Below, piece by piece: positions 39,281 through 54,720 of a DNA stretch of 64,000 nt (its first letter is position 1; each line of letters begins with the position of its first letter). A program made the position numbers and the translations under genes. The notes under the pieces were generated by a model. That model saw only the letters and a program-made list of their open reading frames with translations. It did not search any database and was not told the DNA's origin. Source of the DNA: Camelus dromedarius (taxonomy: Eukaryota); assembly GCF_036321535.1 (NCBI RefSeq), contig NC_087437.1, forward strand, positions 87,112,001-87,176,000, read 5' to 3'.

Positions 39281-40530
39281 AAAAAAAAATCTTTAAATTC
39301 TTATTACACTACATAGAATGAAGGAGGTACTCTTTAAATATGTGTTAAAATAAAGTGAACGAGTCTTGTTTTCCTCTGTTTAAGGCAACTGAAAGCCCAT
39401 GGTTGCTGATCATTTTGTTATAAAATTACCTTGACTTGTTTAAAAATCTGGCTACGTGTGTATGTCAAGATACCATTCCACCCTCTTATAAAACAAAATA
39501 AAACTGATCTCATGAAATAATGAAGTTTATTTAGTTATCTTTTCATCTGTATCTTTTCTAAGTAATACAGTTCCTCTGTATGCCTGAATTGAAGTATTGC
39601 TGATAAGATGATGATTTGAGTTACAGCAAGCAATTCTGATTAGTCTACAAGCTTATTAAAAAATCAACCAAAAGTTTAAAAAGGAAACCATAATAAACAT
39701 CAGCACCATCACTGACAGCAAAAGCAAAATTACAAGTCTCAAGCCACACTGGCCTACTCTGTTACAGATTCCAGGCTGCAGAATTAATTGGCTGAGTATT
39801 GGATGCTTATGACATAGTAGACAATGCACTAAACTGATATAGTAAAACAAATATTTGTTAAAAATAAAGTTGATTGAGACTCAATACTACATGAAAATCA
39901 GTACAAAGTAAAATACCTTGACACACTGTCTAATAACCTGAATACACAAAGATTTTTTTTAACTACAAAAAGAGGGGAAGCCAAAATTCACCCAGCAACA
40001 TCAGCAAATGTCAAGAAAAAATCACAAGAATGTGTTCCAACTTAAAGTTATACCACTAAAGAGTCATCCATATTTTAAATTCCAAACATATTCCATTTTA
40101 TGTGCCATCTCTAACTCTACCATAATTATTTTTTATTGATTTCTCTCCAATATATTTTCCTTAGGATAATTTGCTATTACTCTAAGAAACTTCAAGTTTC
40201 AAGGATGTAAAATTTTGACATAAATGTTGTCTCCAGGAATAATCTTGACACGGGGCACCATTGAACAGCATAATAGTTACTTTAAAGAAGCAGTTAAATA
40301 AATTAAAATGAGGTTTAAAAATAGAAGCAATTCTGAATCTATTGTGAACTTTTCTTAATACAACTTAATGTGACTCTCTTTTTTAAAAACATCAGGTGGG
40401 ATAAATTTAGTCTAGAAATAAACTGTTCAGTTTGAAGCATGTTTTGCTGCAGGGTTCATTTCTCTCAATTACTCTCTGATAAACTCACAGGTGAGAAATA
40501 CACCACAGGGAAAATAGAGAAGACTCTTAC

Positions 40531-41191
40531 CTTGGCACATGAAACCTCTCTCCTCATAGCCAGCATTGCAGGAGCACTTGCCAATGGGAACGAGCCATTC
40601 GCCTTCTGTACTGCAGTACATCCTGGGAGGATCTTCCTCCTTAGAATTGTTAACACACGATCCTCTAACCTCCACCAGAGACTGGGAATCCATGGGTACT
40701 GTGTCTGGAAACATAGCCAGATTCTTCACTGTAAACGGGCACTTTTTGAAGTACACTCTTACAGACACCAAGGCAACACAAGCACCAACATCTTGAAAAG
40801 CCAAATAAAATCCCTTTTTGTTGACAGGGCCTACTTCTCTAACCTCAGTGTTGAGTTTAAGAATACGGTCCCCGAGATCCATTTGCGTGAAACTTTCATC
40901 AGCTGCAATGGTGTCAATCTTTGTAAACTGATGTTCTCGGAATTTGACCCCGTGATCATCGTCAGACTCCATGTAGTACAGGTTGAAAGTCTCCTTGCAA
41001 GTTCCCAAAACCAACGGAATGCTATTGCAGTCCCGGAGAGTGAACTTGAGCTCCACGTAGATCTTCTGAGCTGAGTTCCTGGGCACCCAGTTTGTCCTCA
41101 GCCAATTGTTTTGACTATGATCCATGACATTGCACACCTGGTAAGTCCTGATGGGTGTGTAATGTTCATCAACACCGCTGATCTCTTCCCA
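40531..41191 (-). CDS. EPHA3: EPHA3 internal coding exon 3 (661 nt; W52 to about Q271; ephrin ligand-binding domain plus start of Cys-rich/sushi region)
   Basis: Translates as [59 protein letters not shown]...[25 protein letters not shown], which I recognise as EphA3. Acceptor is a T-rich tract ...tcctttgattcttcaAG|TGG (AG at 41193-41192). Donor is CAAG|GTAAGA (GT at 40530-40529). Phase 0 in, phase 1 out. Confidence 0.98.
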
Positions 41192-43970
41192 CTTGAAGAA
41201 TCAAAGGAAAAAAAAAAAAGAGGCAGAATTAATAAGCTGAGAATAATGAATAATAGTGAATATGAGATGAGGGTGTCAGTGGCATCACAAGAAATACAAA
41301 ATAAATAAGCAGAAACTTTGCTACTTATTGAAGATCATGATGTGAAGCGTCTCTGTAACATTCTTGTTTGTAGTTTTTATTATTTACAAGAGTCTCTCAG
41401 TTGATTGACACAAAATAATTTATAATTTTGATTAAAGCATCTGAATGGCACTGCAATTTGTGGGATATACAGGAAGGAGCAATTCCTGCAATTGATTGGA
41501 ATTAGTCAAATATTCTAGGATCAAAACCTTAAATCAATCGTCACCAATAACACTGCAAAATTGTTTTGTACATTTTTTGAATTGTTTTTGGTTTGTTATT
41601 AAAAAAGAGAATGAAAAATACCACTGCCTGAAATTTCTTTTTATTAAACTTTTCCCAATGTGGGCCAGATTTTGGTAAAATCAATATATTACAAAGCAAA
41701 GTGAATCTAAATGATTCTATTTTCATGTATCTTCATGCATGATATTTTTTTTACATAATTGGCCATCTCAAGAAACACATGATGGGGAACTCTGAAAATC
41801 TGAAGTAAAAAATATATACATGCCTACTTCCCCCCTCCTCCCCCAACAAACCCAGCTAATAGCTATCCATGGAGAACAGAAGAGATAAATATAGTGAATG
41901 TTTCAAGTCCTAATATCTTTTCCCACACTGAATTTTACACAAGCGAGAAATAAATGGTTATTTGAGTTGATGTTGTTCTAGCAGTTAGGTAATAGAACTT
42001 TTTCACTGTAAAGACAGAAAAAAAGTTTCAAGACTTTAAAGCAGTGAAGTACTGCTTTCTGTGATCCTTAGATTTTGAGAAGCGTTTAAATTAGCATCAA
42101 ATTGTTTGTATTACTTACCATTCTACAACTATTGTATCATCTATTTCTATTACCCTTGTGTCTACACTTTCTTTTTATCATGCCAAGTGTAGCCTTTTGC
42201 TGCCAGGAAAATATATCTTTTTCCATGTCATATTAGAGTTCAAGTCTTCTATGGCTCCCTGTTACCTATGCAATGACATCAAACTCTTTAGTTTGAAATT
42301 TGTGTTTTTTCCAAAAATTGGTCTCAACCTACATTTAGTTTTTTCTAAAAGTTTGAATTGAGTTTAGTGAATTATGTGTTTCACTTATGCACATGCTATG
42401 TTCTTGTTAATGTGAACTCTTACTGCTTTCAAAAGAAATGCTGGGTCTTCTTTTTTAATAGTATAACCTCACTGCTCTGTGCTCTTCTCTCCTCGATGTC
42501 TCCCATGACCTTGCCATTCTTATGTTTTATATAGCCCTTATTAAATGCCTTTTTCATTTATAAATTTAATTCATGATAAATGCTAAGACTAGTTTAATTT
42601 TGTTCCATATGCATTTGTTAGATTTTAGAAATGTTTATATCCTCCATAATATGCAGCACATCACTTCACCTTTTGGGAGGTGCATAAAAATTATTTTTTT
42701 CTCATAATATATATGGGAATAATTCAAGAAAATAACAAATTTAAAGTTCCTATGAGAGAACATATTTTAATTTTTTAAATAAATAAATAAATGAAACCCT
42801 CTTGAAGCCCATTATAAATGGGTTCCTAAATTTTTCTCCATCAAGAGTTACTTATTTTCAGGGATTTCCAGTCAGATGGCACAGTCATAGGACCACAAGC
42901 TCGCCCCCTCTCACGATTGCAACAAAACCACAACTGACTGCCAAACAACCATTGAGAAAAAAAGACTGAAACCTAGCAGAAAAAAGATCTTCAACTGGAA
43001 ACATAAAGAAGGAGCCACAGTGGGAGATGGTACGAGGAGTATGCTCACGATATAATCAGGCCCCATATCCTCTGGGTGGGCAACTCACAAACTGGAGAAT
43101 AATTACATTGCAGAGGCCCTCCCAACAGGAGTGAGAGTTCTGAGCCCCACATCAGGCTCCCCAGCCTGGGGTTCCAGCATTGAGAGGAGGAGACCCCAGA
43201 ATATCTGGTTTTGAAAGCCAGTGGGGCTTAACTGCAGGAGCCCCAAGGGACCGGGGGAAGCAGAGAAATTACTCTCTTGGGAAGCACACACAGAATCCCA
43301 CATACTCTGGGACCAAGGGCAGAGGCAATAATTTCATAGGAACATGGGTCATATCTGCCTGCTGGTTTTGCAAGGTCTCCTGGGGAGTTAGAGTCAGCTG
43401 TGGCTCACCCTGGAGACATAAAAGCTGGTGGCGGACATTTGGACATTCATGGAGTATTCATCTACATGAGCTTTCCTGGAGGCTGACATCTTGCTTGGGT
43501 CATCAGCACCAAGACCTAGCCCCACCCAACAGCCTTTAGGCTTAAGTGCTGGGAAGCCTCAGGCAGAACAACATACTAGGTGAGAACAGCCCCACCCATC
43601 AGCAGACTTCATGAGCCCACAGCCACCTCTAGAAACGCCCCTAGACATGGCTCTGCCCACCAGAGGGCCAGGACCAACCTCCACCCAGAAGTGGGCAGGC
43701 ATTAACTCCTCCTGGCAGGAGATCTGCACAACCCTCTGGTCCAGCCTCACCCACCAGTGGACAGATAACAGAAGTAAGAAAACAACAATCCCATAGCCTG
43801 TGGAAGGAGTCCTCAAATGCAGGACAGAGTCTACCTTGGGACTAGCTGGACCCTGGCCCTTGGGTGACAGGAGGAGAGGGCACTGCTGGGATGCATAGGA
43901 GGTTTCCACTACTCCAAGGTCAATAAATGTAACTAACCTACCTAAAAATACAAATTGAAATTTAGACAAA

Positions 43971-44849
43971 ATGAAGTGGTAGAGGAATATGTTCCAGGCA
44001 AAGGCACAAGATAAATCCCAGAAGAAGAAATGAGTGATGAGGAGATAGGGAATCTATCCAAGAAGGGTTTAGAGTAATGACTGTGAAGATGACCAGAGAA
44101 CTAGAGAGGACAATAAACAAATTGAGTGAAGCTTTCAGTGAAGAGTTAGAAAATATAAAGAATGTCCAGAGTCAAAGAATACAATTACTGAAACGAATAA
44201 CACACTAGAAGGAACAAAGAATAGACTGAAGGAGGCAGAAGAGTGGATCAGTGAGCTTGAGGACAGATTAGTAGAAATCACTACCACAAAACAGAAAAAA
44301 GAATGAAAAGAAATGAGGATAGTTTAAGAGAATTTTGAAACAACATAAAGCACAATAACATTAGCATTATAGGGGTCCCAGAAAGAGAAGAGAGCAAGAA
44401 AAGACCTGAGAAAATATTTGAAAAGATAATAGCTTAAAACTTCCCTAACATGGAAAGGAAACAGTCACCCAAGTCCTGGAAGCACAGAGAGTCCTACACA
44501 GGATTAACCCAAAGAGGAACACACCAAGGCACATAGTAATCAAACTGATAAAAATTAAAGATAAGGAGAAAATATTAAAACAAACAAGAGAAAAGCAACA
44601 AATAACATACAAGGGAACTCCCATACGGTCATCAGCTGATTTTTCCAGCAGAAACTCTACAGGGCAGAAGGGAGTGGCACCATATATTTTAAGTGATGAA
44701 AGGCAAAAACCTACAACCAAGAATAATCTACCCAATCAAGAATCACTCAGATTTGATGGAGAAATCAAAAGCTTTACAGATAAGCAAAAGCTAAAGAATT
44801 CAGCACCAACAAACCAACTTTACCACAAATGTTAAAGGAACTTCTCTAG
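43971..44849 (+). pseudogene. L1 ORF1 remnant (stops and frameshifts)
   Basis: ATG at 43971. Motifs NIRIIGVPE-like (aacattagcattataggggtccca), RINPKRNTPRHIVIK and ITYKGTPIRxSADFS. Ends MLKELL* at 44849. Confidence 0.85.
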
Positions 44850-45160
44850 GTAAAAAAGAAAAGGCTACAACTGGAAACAACAAAAGTAATCATGAGGGGA
44901 GGAGGGTACAAATGCAGGGTATCTAAAATGAATTTGAAATTAAGAGATCAGCAATTTAAAACAATCATGTGTGTATATATATACACATACACACTTCTAT
45001 ACCAAAACCTCATGGTAACTGCAAACTAAAAATCTATAACACATACATACATAAAAAAGAAAGTGGAATCCAAATGTAACTCTATAGTCATCAAACCATA
45101 AGAGAACAAAAAGAAGAAAGAAAAAAGACCTACAAAAATAAATCCAAAACAATTAACAAA

Positions 45161-49107
<3,947 letters not shown>

Positions 49108-51767
49108 AAAAAAAAGACACAAATGAACTGATTTACACAACAGAAACAGAAATAGAGAACAAACAAAGGGGGTGGGAAGGGATAAATCATGAGTTCGAAA
49201 TTTGCAGATACTAACTACTATACATAAAATAGATAAACAACAAGTTTACAATGTATAGCACAGGGAAGTATGTTCGATTTCTTGTAGTAACCTATAATGA
49301 AAAAGAATAAGAAAATGAAAATATGTATATATATGTATGACTAAAACATTATGCTGTACACTGGAAATTGGCACAACATTGTAAACTGACTATACTTCAA
49401 TAAATAAAGAATACAAAAAAAGTTACTTATTTCCAGAAGGATAGAAAAGTTTTAAATACTTTCTAACTAAAGCATTAGCATTTAAAGTGTATTCACACTT
49501 TTTTCTATTTGTATTCATTAGCAACACGTAAGAATTCCAATCCACAACTTCTGGCCACAAAATGAGATGTGCCACTTTATTTAATTGATAGTAACCAAAA
49601 GTAAAGAAATATAGTGTTTTATTTGGCCTTTGAACCTCATTAGAGAAAAAAATAATTATTTATATCAGGGTGTTTGAATTATCAAAACCAATTTATGGAC
49701 CCCCACCAGTGTGAGAAATACAGTTCTAAAACTTTTTATTCTTAGTTTTCCTACCAGCCTGAAAGCAAAACAAAAATAAACAAGTAAAAAGCACTACTTA
49801 TTTTAATAACTATGATCATTCAGGGTCTAGAATATATGAGAAATTCTCATTTTCTCGAGGCAAAATTCTCTTGACCTCATCGTCATATCCAAGGTCCAAC
49901 AAAGGATCAAATCTGGATTATTTTAGAAAACTGTAGACCTAATACACAAAATATATCTATACATTAATATAAGAAAAGACAGTATTCACACTGTACTTTT
50001 AATAATCACCAATATACTGTTTTCAAACATCCACTCTATGAGTGTATTATACAGAGAGCTTTAAAAAAAGAAAAGTATATATGAGTCTTATTTCTGAGGA
50101 TTTTACACTAAGGTGCCTATAAACAATGAAGTCACATTCAAAGCAAAACTAATGTATAACGTTAATATCAGAAGAATTAAAAAGAGTAAACCGAGAGCTC
50201 AAAAATTGTGATGTTAAAAAGTCAATATTATGTGGAATCTTCTCTATTATCATAATATTGGTTCTACAACAGCATTATAAAGTACAGAGCTAACGAGGAA
50301 AATTAATTTAAAAATTAACCATTTGACTTAAAAAATTTTAGGTCAAGATTTCCTTTCACAATAGATAAGAGTTTGTACTTGGTTGGACTAATGAATCAGT
50401 TGCAAAGTTCCCCTGCCTTGGACAGCATTTTACTAGACATCAAACAGAAATAAGACTAGGTAAAGATTTTCATAATTTGATGTAAAAATAGGATTTTAAT
50501 TACGGAGATCTCACTGTAGTTTAACATTTTCCCTCTCAATGCTAATTTGGCAAGCTAACACAAGTCTCGGATGCAGAGGTACAAATTGCAGGAAGATGAT
50601 GCAAACAGCACCAGCATGCTTTGTGCGTAAAAGGTTGCAGAGAGCAATTATCACTTCATTAATTTGTAATGAAGACCAAATTGCCTGTAAGTGATGGTGG
50701 CTTGCCATCTCAGGCCACTTACAAAAAACAAGTCTCAAACTCCAGCATTTGCTGAGGACTAGACAGTGGAAATAAAATCCCCAAATGAGTGTTTTTGCAA
50801 CAACAGCAACAGAAATCATTAATTAAAACTGCTGCTATAATGTTTATACTTTATAAATTTAAAGAATGCTCATGTTTATCCTATCTTCCTACTCCAAGAA
50901 CTAAACTGCATGTTCATAAATTATTAGAGATAATATATTGTCATAGTAATTGTCCCAAGGCCAACATGGAAAAAGAAAATGGGTGACATAGAATGGGTGA
51001 CAAATAGAATTGGGGAGTGTAAAGCATCTATCTCTTCATTTTTCTAATTCTTAAAAAAAATAATACTCTGCAGGAGTTGTCTAGTAGTAACATTGTCTTC
51101 AGTAGAAGGGGACCCAGAACTAGTAAGAACTGGAATTCTTTCTAAAGCTCAAATTCTCCAAAATCAGTAATTCTGATGTTTAGCTTGGTTCCCAGATTCT
51201 TACTAGGAGCTTTTATTATTCGACCACAGAGGCCAGAACTGAGTTTCTTGTTTTTCTCTTTTTCCAGATTATTACAACCATAAGAAAACCACCTAACCGG
51301 ACTTCCTTTCCCGAGAAGGGTCATTCTGAAATCTACTCCCTGGAGCATAAGCACAGTGAGCCCCTCCTTCAACAAAGCACAGAGCACGATGTGAAGGAGA
51401 CTCTTGATTTATCTTTTCTAGATAGCACAGCTCCTTGACACTGAGTCAAAGATGTATTTTGAGGGAAAACATTTTTTTTTAACAATTAATTAGCATTTAA
51501 CCTAATAACTCTCATTTTGATAAACCTCGGTTATAGTAATTACGGATTTATACTCATTTATACTCTCTTGGATACATTTTTAGATACTTGTTAATAAGGA
51601 GTAAGGAGAAAAATGTTTATATTTTCTTTGAGAGAGAGAACTTGCATTACATTTAGTGCATAGGCTAACTCAATTAAAGAAATATTAAAGTGAGGAAAAG
51701 TAACTTTATGATTTACCTTATACGATTTCAATTTTGCAGTGATAATAAAAAGAAAATGATAATCAAT

Positions 51768-52032
51768 CACAGACACAGAAAACAAACTTATGGTTACCAG
51801 CTGGGAAAGGAAGTGGAAAGGGGTAAATTGGGAGTTCAAGATTTGCAGATACTATTACACATAAAATAGATAAAGAAGTTTCTACTACATGGCACAGAGA
51901 ACTATATTCAATATCTTGTAGTAACTTATAATGGAAAAGAATATGAAAATGAATATATGTATGTATATGTATGATTGAAACATATGCTGTACATCAGAAA
52001 CTGACACACTGTGACTATTCTTCAATAAAAAA
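51768..52032 (+). mobile_element. 5'-truncated L1 (3' UTR only), related to the full-length copy
   Basis: Clearly similar to 49140-49405 (gatttgcagatacta...aaaatagataaa...cttgtagtaac...cttcaataaa). TSD agaaaatgataatcaat (51751-51767) / agaaaatgataaccaat (52033-52049). Confidence 0.93.
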
Positions 52033-52432
52033 AGAAAATGATAACCAATGTTCTTATGTTTACAATACTACATTTGCATTTCAATGGTTAATAAGAAGCA
52101 TATAGTTCTGCACTTTATAAAATGCTCATGATGGCTAATCTTGCACTCAATAATTGTATGTGATAGTAAGTTGGTTCATGTTATTCTTTCACCACTTATG
52201 TCCCTTACTCCCATGTTTCTTTCCCTTTGTACACACTACAGCCATTGCAAGATTCAGTGTTCATCCTAGAAATACTTGAAGATTTACCATGTATCAGAAT
52301 TTTTAAATGTGGAGATGCATAATCACTTACAGTAAGGATGTCACGGTCAAGTGTCAGGCACAGACATATCCACATAAAGTGTTATTTCCATTTATTCATA
52401 AATAGTTTTTCTTAGCCCATAGGTCTCAAAAG

Positions 52433-52436
<4 letters not shown>

Positions 52437-52470
<34 letters not shown>
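52437..52470. repeat. (CA)17 microsatellite
   Basis: Read directly. Confidence 0.95.
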
Positions 52471-52471
<1 letters not shown>

Positions 52472-53364
52472 TTGTAATAGTACTACATAAAAAGACAGAG
52501 TTAAATAAAACAGTTGAGACAAATGAGAAAGAGAATAATTGGGCTCCTGGGGTTTTGCTGTTGTTGATGATGATCTGGGGTCAAGTCAGAGCAACACATT
52601 TGTAACCAGAGGATTGAAGAGAGGGAATATGGAGATTTGATACTGAGAAGCCAGCATCAGTAACAAGATGCAGGCCAGAGTCCAAGGATAAAAATGCCAG
52701 AAGGAGCGTGCCTGAGACGGTCTGTCCAGTAGTCTTCACAACAATGACTAGCATCCATTCTCCTACCCACCTTTAACTCCTAAGTATTTAGCAGAAGTTT
52801 GATATTGGTATTTGAAGTGTCTTACTGGAAAACAGGGAGGACAATGTCCCAGTTTCAGTAAAATAAACTGAAAAGTGCTGGAAAACCAGGAAAGGAGTGA
52901 AAAGACCAGAGATTATTATTGAGGAAAGCCAGCAAAGGATTTCAGAGAGTACGAGACCAAGTGAGGACCAGGATAACATATGATCCCTGTTCAGAAATCT
53001 CAGGAGTATTAAGGAGACCCTGGTACATTCTGCAGTTACTACAAGACACAGGTGGTGTCTTCAGAAAGCCTGAGCGTGTGGGGGTCCTGGGGCTGTCACC
53101 AGCCCCTACCTTGGATTCTCTGTCTGTATGTTACCCAGCACCCCACACTCATAAATGCGTCTCAGTACGGCTCAGTTCCTAAACTCCCTAGACTGAAACC
53201 AGAAGGAGGGCAGCCTTCACCTCTCTAGGGCTTCATTTTAGTTCTCTTCCTCCCAGCTGGGATTCAGTGGTACTGTACTGAGATCTCAGGGCTGTTGCCA
53301 CATCTATGCACCTGTGGACGTATGTCCCACACTTCAGACCACAGCCTGTCTAACTTCCTTACAT

Positions 53365-53520
53365 CACAGGTTTTTCTTTTTGGCTAAGCATTAACCAGGG
53401 AGCTTTTTAAAAATACTGCTTCATAGGTGCCAATCCAAACTAATTCTTTCTTTTTATACAGCCTGGGTGAATCGAATGTGCTTGCGTGATTCCTCTAAGG
53501 TTGGGAGCCAATGATCGATG
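53365..53520. mobile_element. Degenerate MER5-like element
   Basis: ccagggagctttttaaaaatactg...ctgggtgaatcgaatgtgc...aaggttgggagccaatg. Confidence 0.55.
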
Positions 53521-53619
53521 TCCCTTGGCCAAGTGGATCATTCAGTTCTGACAGCACACTCCAATACCAGTATCTAAGACTTCTGAATCTCCTCAGAAAC
53601 TACGTCTGAAGTTTCTAGA

Positions 53620-53683
53620 CACAACATTGTAAAATGATTATAAATCAATAAAAATTGTTTAAAAAATAAATAAATAAAAAAAA
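53620..53683 (+). mobile_element. Ultra-short L1 3'-terminal insertion with poly(A) tail
   Basis: cacaacattgtaaaatgattataaatcaataaaaa plus an A-rich tail resembles the L1 terminus at 49372-49404. Perfect 11-bp TSD aagtttctaga (53609-53619 / 53684-53694). Confidence 0.85.
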
Positions 53684-54104
53684 AAGTTTCTAGATAGCCC
53701 TGCCTCTGTCTCTGCAGAAGGACCTTTTGCTCAGCCCTCATCCATCCCATCTGTTTTTTGATTCCAATTTGCCAAGGCCCAGATGTGTCTTACATAGAAG
53801 CTCACCTGCATATCCTCATCTTCTACCTCCTACAGAGATTTGTAAGATTTTATTATAATAAACAACATAAATTGAATCATAATGCTCTATTTCACATCTG
53901 GTGGTAAATGCAAAACTTGTGCATTATGAATAGACGTAAATAGTGTAGGGGGGAGGGTTTCCTTCAATCACATATTTCTCCCAGTATTAATGCAAGACAA
54001 CTGATTTTAGACATGCTCCAGTTTTTAGCATTTTCTATAGTTTGAGGGTATCCTACTGTGATTTCTGTAGTGATCTGCAATTTTTTAAGATGTCTCTATA
54101 AGAG

Positions 54105-54720
54105 CAGTTTCATTTGATTCCATGTGCATTTATTAAATATTCCTATATGCAAAGCCCAGGATAGTAAACAGATAGGGAAAATGAGACTATCGCTATCCAG
54201 AAGTTGGTGCTGGAGGGAGATGCACAGGTACCACACAGGGCAGACGATGATACGCTCTCTCTTCAGGGTACGGCAAGGAGCTTGGAGAAGGGAAGGATTA
54301 CCACCAGAAGGACGGTCCTGGAAAAGTATTACAGAAGAACAAATGGAAACGGAGGATGACTAGAACATCTGCAGGCAGAAATACGGGGGCACACTGGAAG
54401 GAAAACTGTGAGAAAGCGGGAAGACGTGTGAGGACAGACTCTGTTTAAGGAACTGGCTTCCAGCAGGGCAGGAACATAGGGCACTGAGCAGTGGGCATGC
54501 TGGCAGTTACTTAGAAAAGAAAGATCCGGGCCAATTTGGAAATATCCACTGACGTGTATCCACTTCACTTGCTGCAGCGAGAAACTACTGAAAGGGACCC
54601 AATGTGAGCTCTGGATGGGGAGCTGGTTCCGCCAAGAGAGGGAAGGAAGGCGCTTCAGAAAGCCCACCACAAAGATCCAGGAGAGAGGCCTGAAGATGAT
54701 GACCTCTGGTGAATGAATGA
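54105..54720 (-). mobile_element. L2 3' portion
   Basis: Starts ttcatttgattccatgtgcatttattaaatattcctatatgc, followed by a purine-rich L2 body. Confidence 0.6.

Larger units (their letters stand above)
1..40530 (-). other. EPHA3: EPHA3 intron 3 (partial, >40.5 kb)
   Basis: Downstream of the exon 3 donor on the minus strand. No further Eph-like coding sequence (exon 4 would continue ACRPG...) is seen in the ORF track or by eye. Confidence 0.88.

Noticed and set aside
40439..41074. 211-aa plus-strand ORF antisense to exon 3
   Set aside because: It is in codon register with EPHA3, so it stays open simply because TTA/CTA/TCA codons are absent from this stretch. It ends at a TCA (Ser) codon and has no recognisable domain: a shadow ORF.
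40469..41137. 222-aa ORF as a stand-alone gene or processed pseudogene
   Set aside because: The track's start is a GTG Val codon inside the exon, and the tail is intron read-through. Canonical splice sites bound the true exon.
43559..43969. 136-aa antisense ORF in the L1 5' UTR (ORF0-like)
   Set aside because: It has a non-ATG (TTG) start and no recognisable similarity. Long open frames are expected in GC-richer UTR sequence, and ORF0 is described for primate L1.
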